A stretch of 64,000 nucleotides of DNA from the IMG/VR virus record IMGVR_UViG_3300044568_002423; one strand, given 5' to 3'. The notes under the pieces are model-generated. The model made no database searches. It had not been told where the DNA came from and saw only the letters and a list, made by a program, of their open reading frames with translations. The DNA is from a virus. Position 1 is the first letter of the stretch; every line of letters begins with the position of its first letter. This document shows positions 41,001-49,000 of this stretch, one piece after another. A program made the position numbers and the translations under genes.

Positions 41001-43039
41001 GTTAAGTCAAAAATTACAGAATCTAAAATTGTTGAAGTATGTTGTTCAGCGTATCTATTATCATATGAGAAAGAAGCATTCATATCAACACCACTGCTAG
41101 ATAGGCCAAATATTACGCCACCAGACTGAGAAGTACTAATTGTAAATGATGTTAAATCTGGTATAGAATACACATAATATGTCGTACCTGCTACAACTCC
41201 CCCAGTAGTTCCATCAAAAACGATAGGCATTCCTAAATTCATTGTTGCAGTCGAGGCAGTTGTAAATACACTACCGGAACTAGAACTTGCAGTTATCAAA
41301 TATGAATAGTTGTAAATAATATAATTATTAACTTCCTTGATTACAAATTCTTTATTCATTTGTAATAATGTACCGGCATTAGTATTTAAATAACCTTCTT
41401 CTATTTGGCGAGATGCAAATAAAACAGAAGCCCAAGGTTTATCAAGAGAAAGACCCTGTCCATTACCAACAAAATCAGCACCATCTGGTGAAACATATAC
41501 TATATTTTCTAATATGCCATAATATGACCATGATGGAACATTATTATTAACACGTAAAACTTGTCCATCCGTACCAATTGGTAAACGTTGTGGACCATTT
41601 TCTCCATAATAAACAATGTCGCCAGTTGTTGTTAAAACGCCACTATCTGCGCCATTTGCTAATAAATTCCAGTATTCACCTGTTGTATCTGCAATTGGAT
41701 TGCTTAATGTCGCACCAACATGTGAACTAACACATATATAACTACTAACACCATAATAAACAGCATCACCAGGTAGATAGACGGTACCCTCCGCCCAAGT
41801 AACTGAATTACCAGCTGCTGAAATACTAATTATGCTTCCAGCAGTGGCGTTCGTTACTAAAATATATAAATCATTAACAGGACTAACTCCGCCCAAATCA
41901 GTACCTAATATCTTTATTGTATCATTGGTGGCATAATCGTCACCTTCTGAACCAGTATGTATTGATACTGTATAGGTCGTATTGGTACTAATAATATCAA
42001 ATGTCGCACCAGTACCTATACCAATTACATTGGTGCCAGATATATCAGAGAAATTACCAGTAGTGGCATTCCATCGTATGCCAGAATTTAATTTTGTCCA
42101 TGCAGTACCTGGAGGAACATCATTAGTGTTATCTGCCGAAGCTACATAGGTGTAACTACCACGAGATACAACATTGCCTATTTTATAAGCAGTAGAGGAT
42201 AACCATTCACCAGCAAAATTAATGCCTGATGTAAATATTGACCAATCAGCAGTAGAAGTTGATGGCAGTTGGGCGATATTATCTCTAATAGCAGTATAGG
42301 TATAACCACCATATGTTACTATGTCACCATTTTGATACGATGTACCAGCCGACCATGAGCCTTCGAATTCAAAACCATTAACAAATATATCAAATTTAGT
42401 AATGTCAATTGTCACACCAGTAGAACTATGTGCAGTTGTACAAATCCACAAATCTGCTCCATATTTTACCACATCATTTAACCGATAATGAACAGACGAC
42501 CCACTCCATAATCCCAGATAAGAAATGCCATTGGTGAAAGTATCCCAATTTTCTAAGTCGGTTTCTAATAGACTAGAGGAAATATGAGCGGCATTACACA
42601 CATATGAAATACCACCATAATAGACCAAATCACGTTCTTTGTACCGTGTAGCTGCGTCCCATTCTCCCTGCCAGCTAAAATTAGCAGCAAATGAATCCCA
42701 ACTTGATTGATTATTTTCTAAACCGAGATAAGTAGGTGTCTCATAGGTAGCGGATGTGTGTGCAGTTTTACAGATATAAACTATTCCACCCCATAATACC
42801 ATATCTCCAAGATTATAGTATGTTGTAGCTGTCCAGGCGTTACGCCATTTTGTACCATCTGCCATTAAATTCCATTTAGTAGCAAGGTCTGTAGCAAATA
42901 ATGATGATGAAGTATTAGGTTGTATACAAATATAAGTTTTTCCGCCGTTAGTAACTACGTCATCAATCACATATGAGGTACTTGCTGCCCATGTTCCTTG
43001 ATATACAAACTTAATTCTACCTAGTTTAAATTCTGCCAT
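32006..43039 (-). CDS. Giant (3677 aa) modular virion/fibre protein
   Basis: N-terminal W...Y...D.V...G..YIC...H.S repeats (CBM5/12-like); pectin-lyase-like beta-helix motifs; W..VAYGNG.FVA propeller-like repeats; C-terminal RLTGHDFL...TSTDQDGNF domain; Thr/Gly-rich. Confidence 0.75.
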   Translation of the reverse strand: MAEFKLGRIKFVYQGTWAASTSYVIDDVVTNGGKTYICIQPNTSSSLFATDLATKWNLMADGTKWRNAWTATTYYNLGDMVLWGGIVYICKTAHTSATYETPTYLGLENNQSSWDSFAANFSWQGEWDAATRYKERDLVYYGGISYVCNAAHISSSLLETDLENWDTFTNGISYLGLWSGSSVHYRLNDVVKYGADLWICTTAHSSTGVTIDITKFDIFVNGFEFEGSWSAGTSYQNGDIVTYGGYTYTAIRDNIAQLPSTSTADWSIFTSGINFAGEWLSSTAYKIGNVVSRGSYTYVASADNTNDVPPGTAWTKLNSGIRWNATTGNFSDISGTNVIGIGTGATFDIISTNTTYTVSIHTGSEGDDYATNDTIKILGTDLGGVSPVNDLYILVTNATAGSIISISAAGNSVTWAEGTVYLPGDAVYYGVSSYICVSSHVGATLSNPIADTTGEYWNLLANGADSGVLTTTGDIVYYGENGPQRLPIGTDGQVLRVNNNVPSWSYYGILENIVYVSPDGADFVGNGQGLSLDKPWASVLFASRQIEEGYLNTNAGTLLQMNKEFVIKEVNNYIIYNYSYLITASSSSGSVFTTASTATMNLGMPIVFDGTTGGVVAGTTYYVYSIPDLTSFTISTSQSGGVIFGLSSSGVDMNASFSYDNRYAEQHTSTILDSVIFDLTHGGNFKTRTKTLSFFSTITSFITTTFLYELPQFVAGLAYLETYLIPSICNNSAPASNYQTLNGVTASSQALQIINTDYTSETTALTISTTLCDIIKDALLAGTYASIPDLARPHASIYVKTGTYNEFTPIVVPLDTAILGDELRSTIIQASRAVSNLVNDKPKTISAIKRLQSLVPAILANAPVTKTPGNTYSQAFLGSPTYSTATQSVITNTATIQTILSGGLAELPGAGTTSIVLTAETVTVPNAGTYTLSTPTGYNTSTLTHVAYGCVGNTSGNSAGYGDGVAQLLQNRTFLQTEIGGYLTGYTGGGFSWSGLTATQKGQSLRDISYAIDSVVYDMTYGGNTQSLKDGDSYYTQGVLQVSGSILVATVAALTRLKDIIDNIIVANTAGWTKSSGYTASQVIAGTPGSAFAGVFAQARVQDIIDWINNATANATIPFCSTWVNADKVRAYTNILIDKPRIQTTITNWVAMTYPTLNISSTLTYRDAGTITDALSSDMLLGATYYSMISGRAYYRNNASAEALVTGPELGATEQSINYISYMVSSTAANFTAKQTSTGDLGSISAVNQVIDNTAIIQDMLVNGTIQAPAFVMPTLPGYNTSWLIGYGDGVTQIVNNYQFIKDEIVNYLNNTLTNPAWSAYGATYQAETIRDLSDILDAIRYDMTYGCNDQSLISGRSYYSLNTALIVPTYLPGVLAALNRLSVIIGQIIQTTGVTPSAGNTTIQDVSATAGTAIAASFAQARIADILYWLNNSFQNTSTGTTSGTITGTTLTVSSGTGLAIGQCITGTTLSTYVTNTTATTNVVTLASVTGLVSGMILTFSKPYGYGTYDIFGGLTTTSYVIDTIVGSTVTLYNFGTTTSPILTTATGKMVATAGIAPGTYLTAGSGTSWTVSKSQTVSTATRITGTFTITPVVSGAYSLVNGNKQAAFDAIQARTTEIQNDAQSWVTRFYQNQSPSLPLTNRDAGYIVTALSYDILLDSNFYSIISGRAYNRIIPSVITLKSLFADSTYGSIGFIGSKVKQIAASGSSAQVQTTIDDMIANINGQPSVSALFNGSITGTILTVNSVTSGTITVGMKLSGVGIVSGVQIISGSGTSWLLNYSQEVSSITTTASKVTTGTNYITLGTTSGIVPGLQITFSGGGIGNLSAGAYYVSGVVNSTQITVSTSFNGSVFPITSTVIGVMTATIYGIYGGLGLTTTITGSSVIIPVTAVTTSTNLITVNTTVGLSVDMPVVFSSLPANITTTATATTVSGSLITVATTVGLVIGQQVWFTGVTFGGLVFNQIYYVKTIPTPGVGGTITISNTLGGTVKTVTVGSGTMTLTANTAGGLVSGNTYWINSISSATALTVTSKFRSNATLVITNSLTGLAAGVTAGISTQQGLTVTAVNGTLTYNNTLSTQQGGEILRKNIPFLANEMSAYVGTIFGGTVTNTTITTNIVTTEYAHNLSIGDPIIFSGTTFGNIVANTQYFVLTVPSSTTFTMTVTQAGTGTQVPSSLSTSSGTATVTYYYIFSKAVRDATLYLEGLIYDLSWTGNYKSLRAAQLYISAQSGSQANNMFHVRNGTGLRNMTLNGLAGSLSIPNSYGTRRPTAGAYVSLDPGFGPNDSNSWASVRSCYVQNITTFGSGCVGLKVDSSLHDGGNRSIVANDFTQVLSDGIGVWCTGTNSLTELVSVFSYYGYTGYLAELGGRIRATNGNSSYGTYGVIAEGIDSYEAPIYATVNNRANQAYITNVVTDGANQILRIEYQNAGNAYTNVLPNISGSGYNAIAVGDELRDAAVFETRLIDLNDGLGTGGSNYLTATNSAQAGSIGQITIANTDIALSSAYVGMRIQLLAGTGVGQYASILSYNSGTKIMLVYKPNFVPLIITASTTTAFTVASTATLYANMPIYLAANVAGLTTSTLYYVSATNFTTTAFSVSTSSGGGVSTLTAVSATPAVMASSTILATTLTVGTLSSGTITIGQLLTGTNVSANTYITANISGSGSGSTWTVSNSQSVSSTTITGTISVPTYAAGWDHVIPGYAVSNSMDLTSSYIIEPSISYTSPGFTSTSRTLSATATWGGVTYGQGNFVSVAAGSNVTSYSTNGTTWTTGGILPASTTWNNVVYGGGSNATATANIGGFGGTGAVMTAIIGTGTSAGQVIGITIVSGGYNYLTPPTIVVTPVSGGSGAAATCTVLNGVIKTVTMDINGGGYGNGATVSVVTTSLSSVSVDTWGKNYFSLPTVTISPPFTAVAWTNGGTSVIGTYYYFDNISTIRNYYLATNVGTFTTTGPIFTSGTSTNGTVSLTYSGTLPVCTATVTNYGVSSIAVTTSGYGYTAVPTITITDPQSAFVAISSASNAAAYQLPTALGSAWVSTFSNTALTNLNGLAYGNNIYIAVGGTSTTPSAVKLSGNPSTASWVSSPITGSVTYAAVAYGNGYFVAVPATSGTATSYTTNGTTWTVGGVLPVSTVWASVAYGNGRFVALAANGTIAYSYDLATSWMQSLNAGLSSSLTWVKISYGDGLFYAIASATNVCATSWDGVNWVVQTMPATTGWKSVAFGNPKSTTLGAVPTWVAISTTSGTIAASIATGAKPLGRIKVIGNKVTEVRMVEPGNGFPRGNVSATTTGTKLITVDTTANLIANQPIIFNGTSAGGITTGIYYYVVSGSITSTQFQISATSGGTALDLTSVSISGMTYFASPIITQVDPNRVNTAPVIARIGNGALGNPSFSNRGTANATATATVTGDGYSELYQPGTFINVANLYSLPTPGANIVFSTISGSASWYKLVAVSNILGIPGNYTATFQLNPGLSTLLAPPHGTLITTNLNYSQVRLTGHDFLYIGTGNQTATDYPNVDATKAIQASQQLSTGGGRVFFTSTDQDGNFNVGNLFGVQQSTGTATLNASAFNLSGLQSLTLGSVSLGVGSATITQFSTDPYFTANSDNIVPTQKAIKSFITSQIGGGASALNVNTLTAGQIYIAGNTIQNTTGSAIVVSSKMYFTGGIDGAPVALMFFNQR

Positions 43040-43076
43040 TTTGTTATGTTCCTTTAATAATTTTTCTTGTTATTTG

Positions 43077-43084
43077 TATTTATC
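43077..43084 (-). promoter_or_regulatory. Late-type promoter GATAAATA
   Basis: Intergenic, upstream of the 3677-aa gene. Confidence 0.6.
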
Positions 43085-43094
43085 AATTTTAATA

Positions 43095-46000
43095 TCAACG
43101 ATGTACACTGTTGCGTATAAAAAAGGATAATGCTGCCATGTTCCCATCTGCCGTGTTATTTCCACCCACACCTTTAAGGTATACACTAGTCTGTGATGCA
43201 TTTCCAGGAATGCTATTATACATAACCACACTAGAGCCCGGTTGACCATTGGAAACAGATGATTTTATAAAATTAGCTCCACCAACTATTACCGTACCGG
43301 CAGTTAATTGACCGGTAAAAGTATTAGATCCACCTTGACTTAACCGACTTGTTATATATGTCTTAATAGCTCGTTGAGTAGGTATCACAGTGTCAGAGTT
43401 GGCAGTAAATGTGCCATCAGTACTAAACTGTGTTACTATTACACTAGAACCACCTACCGCAATTCCGCCCAAACTTAATGTACTTAAACCAGTTAAGCCA
43501 AATTGAGTGGCACTTAATGTAATGGTACCAGTCGATTGTTGAACAGAAAATAAATCACCAACACTAAAATTACCATCTTGGTCAGTACTAGTATAAAATA
43601 CCCGACCTTGATTTGCCTCTATTGTAATATTCTGTGGTTTTTCGTTTAACGCACTTACATATGGGTAATTAGAATCTTCTTTATTACCCACACCAATAGA
43701 TAAGAAATCATGGTTGGTCAATCGACATTGACTATACAATTGACGGATACTCACCACAGTGCCCGTCGCGGGACTAAGAGCAGTGGTCATATTTGGTGCT
43801 ATTTGTATATTTGCTTCAATAAATGGAGCAACTGTACCATACACGGCTACCGCACTAGTAACTTTATATATGGTAGGATTGCCATCAAAAGTCAAGTTAC
43901 TTCCTACTACTGGAAGTTTATTTAAATTGTTAACAATAATTGTATATCCAATTTGATACGTGTCAGAATTACCATTACCAGTTATGACAACTACCGTAGA
44001 GGAAGTGGTATACCCAAGTCCACGACTAATAAATGTTGGATTAGATAACACACCATTTCCACTTCTTATTGTTACACTAGCCGATATAGATATATTGTAA
44101 TCAGTAATAGCAATAGACGGAGACGTGATATAATTAGAACCAGGCTCCCATAAAGTAATAGCTGACATTGAACCAGAAACAATTACTGTTCGACCTTGTG
44201 CTTTTATTCCAGCATTAATAATTTTGGCCGTACTCGCACCAGCCAACGCAGGAAATACACATATGTTAGAAGAATTAAATCCAGCTGTTAATGCGCTATA
44301 TCCACTATTTGTTATGGTATTTAAATTCCACCATAATCCACTATCACTAATATAGGATGATGCGCTAGCAGATGACACTGTTACAAACGCACCCTGTCCG
44401 TATGCTATTTTAGTAGCTGAAACTAAGGTATTTGAATTGTTCCAAGATACCCCGTCGAAACTATACGATGCAGGCACGCCAGTTGTATTTTGTACAGCGA
44501 CAAATCTATTATTTCCATATGCGACTGATGAATAACTAACAGGAATACTAGCAGTCAAAGTGATACCAGTTGGTGTTCCAGCCGTCGTAGTTATCGCCGC
44601 ACCATTAAGAGTAGCAGATAAGGTAAATGTTGTAGAACCATTAGTGGCAATTATATAATAGGTAGTTGGATTTGAATATGCTGGAGTTACTATACTGCCT
44701 GTTCCACCATACGGCCCACTAATAGTAACTGTTTGTCCAACAACTAATGTTATATTAGTTGGCGTACACGCAAATTGCCCACCTGTTCCAGTAATAGTGA
44801 CATTTGAAAGAAGGAAAGTAGTCGGCAATGTAGAAGCTTGCCAGGTCGTACCAGTAAAACTCCAAGCACTAGCACCATTGCTACTTATTGCCAGAAAAAT
44901 TCCAGCCCCATATTCTAGATCTACCCATGTGCCGCCACTAGGAAGCACCGCAGCTTGCCAAGTAAGACCATAATCGGTTGAATAAGCAGCTTTTGTTGTA
45001 CCAGAAGCGATGGCAATAAATATTCCATTACCATATACGATATTACTCCATGTGGCGACGCTTGGCAGTGTTGATTGTTTCCAAACAAAACCATCTGTTC
45101 GTGAATATGCCACAACAGAATTTCCAGTTCCACCAGAAGAAATAGCTACCCAAAATTTATTACCATAAGCAATATCAGTCCAGCTTATAGCACTTGGTAA
45201 TGTCATTGATGCCCAAGTTGTACCATCAGTAGAACGAGCTCCAATAGATCCACCAGATGGAATTGCCAAGAAGTAATTATTCCCAGATGCGACACTTTTC
45301 CATAAATTTCCACCAGTCAATGTTGGAATACTTCCAGAAGTTTGCGTGAATGAAGGATCAGAAAAAGTTATTCTAGGTTCAATATAATATAAGCTTGTAC
45401 TATCCAATGCCGATAATATAGGTGTTCCGGGATTTATATGATCCCACCCAGAAGAACCAAGTTGCATGTTTCCAGTAGCATCGCCAACAGTTACCGCACT
45501 TCCCCCAGGAGATGTGCCAATTGTTATATTGTAACCACTAATACTTAATATGTAATAAACTGTAGTGGGAGAAATAGTACTCAATAATGCCTTTGAAAAA
45601 GTCGCATTCATTGAACCAATGGAACTTGTAGTTACCAACTTAGTTGAAGTTGATGTAACGGTCATCGTACCAGTACCACCAGCTAGAACTTTTGGAGTTG
45701 GGCATGTCTTAACTGTCATTGAACCAGTGGCAGGTGCTAATATTTTAGCCGCATTACCAACTTGAGTACAAATTGCAAATGTCGTCGCATTTATTGTTTT
45801 AATATAATATACGGTTTCTGCTACTATACCACCAAATGTCAATCCCATAAATTTAACAGGTTGATCTAAAACCATTCCAGCAGTAGACGACACGGTAATT
45901 AAGTTACTTTCATCAGTAATAGTTGCTGTTAATACGATGATGGACGAAGTTATGTTAAATGAACCACTATCTACGACATTACTAATGTAATATTTTGTAC

Positions 46001-49000
46001 CAGATACAATATTGCTATCAAATACCGTTCCACCAAAAACTACTGGATTTAACGGAACCATAGCTGCTGTCGTTGCGACCGCCACCGTATTAGTTCCAGA
46101 ATTAGTTGAATTGGATGATAATGACACAAGAGTTGATGATAGCGTAAATGTAGTACTGTCTATTATGTCGTTTATATAATAACTAACACCTAACAATAAC
46201 CCATCTAAAGCCACACCTGAAAATTGTATAGGAATATTGACAACCATATTAGTAGTGTCTGATTTTAAATACCCAGTATAGCTAGGGTAATTCATAGTCA
46301 TAGAACCAGTATCAGTAGTTAAACTCCACACAAACCCATATATCTTATCAGAAATTTGTATAGTGGTTAAATCAATTATATCAGAAATATAATAAGTATA
46401 GCCAGTAGTAAGTGTACTAAATGGTGTTCCAGAAAAAGTAACTGGCATGTTTACTGCCATGCCGGCAGTACTAGGAACCGTTATAGTATTTTCTGTCCCA
46501 CCAGTAATAGAAGTTATCGTCACTGAATTTATAGATGATTGTGTAACCGCATTTGTATAATAGGTTGGCATAAATTGTACTGCTTGATTGCGATATAATT
46601 TATCTAAATTACTACCATTGGCAATAGTCAACAAATTTCCACTTGCTGTTGTTTGAACTACCGATAAAGAACCAAATGATTCTTGCATTACTTGTGCTAT
46701 TTTATTTCCAGGGGTTTCCGCAGTATTAAATGTTGATATGTATCCATATTGACCAGAACCCGACCCAGAGTTAATGAATATTCGCATACCAATATAATTG
46801 CTAGTACCTTGTTCTGTTTGTGCTAATTGAATCTTTATTGAATTACCACCTTGGGCATTATTAGAGGCAGTTACATAACTGCTCCCACCAAGTAATCCAT
46901 TTGAATCAACTACCACTCTAGCTTGATAGATAGAATTAGATCTAATTTCATCACCTAACAGAACAGCGCCAGAGCCAGCGCCGACAACTTCATAGTTGGC
47001 ATACGCGGTATACTTAGTCACATCAGTTGATTCTAAGTAAAAACTAGGAAGGTAAGTTGAATTTGAAAGTTCTACCTGCGCACCATAAAATATTGTGTAC
47101 TTATTCGCTACAGGATTAGTCAACCCAGTTGGATATAACCTAAATTGTAAGTTATTGTTTACTCCACTAGTATCATTAGCGGCCAACCATATTCTATACC
47201 ATCCAGTAGCAAGTGTTTCTTCAACTCCAAAGTATACTGGTGTCATCCCATCGTTTAGACTATAAGGCGTTACGATACGAGTACTTGTATTGTATGAAAT
47301 ACCGCTTACTTGTACAGTAGGGGTAACTCCATGAAATCGTACTTGAAGATCAACAGTAGATGAAGTGCCAGCATACACATGTATACTCGCAGTATAATTT
47401 GTATCACTACCAACTGGAACAGTTCCAGTACTACTAATTGTAGCAATTCCGCCAGTTATCCCAGTACCGGAAAAGGTCAATGACACGGTTCCATTGGTGG
47501 CAGTGCCACTAAGAAACATTGGACCAGCAGTTCCAAATGTTCCACCACTAGTAGCTAGATAATAATGATTTATTCCAGTAAATGGATCAGTATAATTGTA
47601 ATAAACCCCACTAGTTGCTGTGCCACCGCTAGTCCAGGTAGGAACTGTTAATGTCAGTACCGTGATTGTAATGTCATTGACCCCAGTAATACCACCAAAA
47701 ACTGAGCCGGCTATTACCATTTGGTCACCGACCACATATAACTTCCCAGCTTGATTCATAGTAACTACATAAGCAGCGGACGTGACAGTAACATCAAAAG
47801 TAGCAAGTGAGCCAAATGTATTTCCAATATTTGTAGCAGATAATGTGCTATAACTTCCGCCAGCTGGATTTATTGGTATATTTTGATAAACATACCCATT
47901 CCCAGAAACCCCTTGTGTTCCAGTAAGTAACCATGCTTCTGAATATCCAGTGGGTGCAATATTATTTTTAATAAAAGTCAAATAGGTGTCATTTATCCAT
48001 CCAGTATTGAAATTATTACTATAACTTAATAAATTGGTAGTTGTTGTATTATAACTAGTACCATTATTTGAATATTCTAATTTAACCAATTGTGCTTGTG
48101 TACTATACGAACTACGAGCAGATGCTTGTACTTGTATTGATTGGTTATAGACAGTTCCACTTATTGGTGTTTCAGTTGTGTCGTATCCTTCACTAACTGC
48201 ACCAAACACCCCATATGAACTGTTACCATTTGTAGAACGTATACGACCACCTGATTCGGCAAAGTGACCAATATAACAATAATATGAAAATACAGATACA
48301 CATTCTGTGATGGCACCGGTTCCGGTACACCAAACACCAATCCCATCACTAATAATTTGTGTGTAATCATTATGAACGATAGATTTAGTACCACCATTAT
48401 GAAGGCTTCCGTCAATCTTTGCTCCAACACACCCATCACCAAAAGTAGTTACATTCTGTACATATGGACTACGTCTAAAAATCCAAACAGTACTATCATC
48501 TGGACCTGTGCCCGGATCTAAACTTGTATAACTACCACCAGTAGGTCTTGCTAATTCATAATCATCAACAACAGTCAATGTCCCACGCAGACCAAACATA
48601 GACAAATTACGCATAGTAGTGCCATTTCTCATATAAAACATGTCTTTTAAGCAATCACCAGCATATATTGTCATCGAACCACTACCATTAGTTAATGATA
48701 CTGTCATTCCACTCGCCACTAGCGATGATGATATATGCGAAGATGTTGCTACACTTGACATAGTAATAGTAGAAATACTACTAATTTCTTGTGAAAATGA
48801 CAATACAGTAGTGGCACCTGGTATTCCCAATCCGGTGATAGTTGCACCAATTACTAAATTACTAATACTACTAACATTTGAAATTATATTGCTATCAATA
48901 GTAGTCGTACCAATAAAATTGATGGTTGGAGATGACATTATAGAAAATCCAGTTGGAGTTATCGATTCACCATCTATATAATAGGTCTGGCCAGATACAA

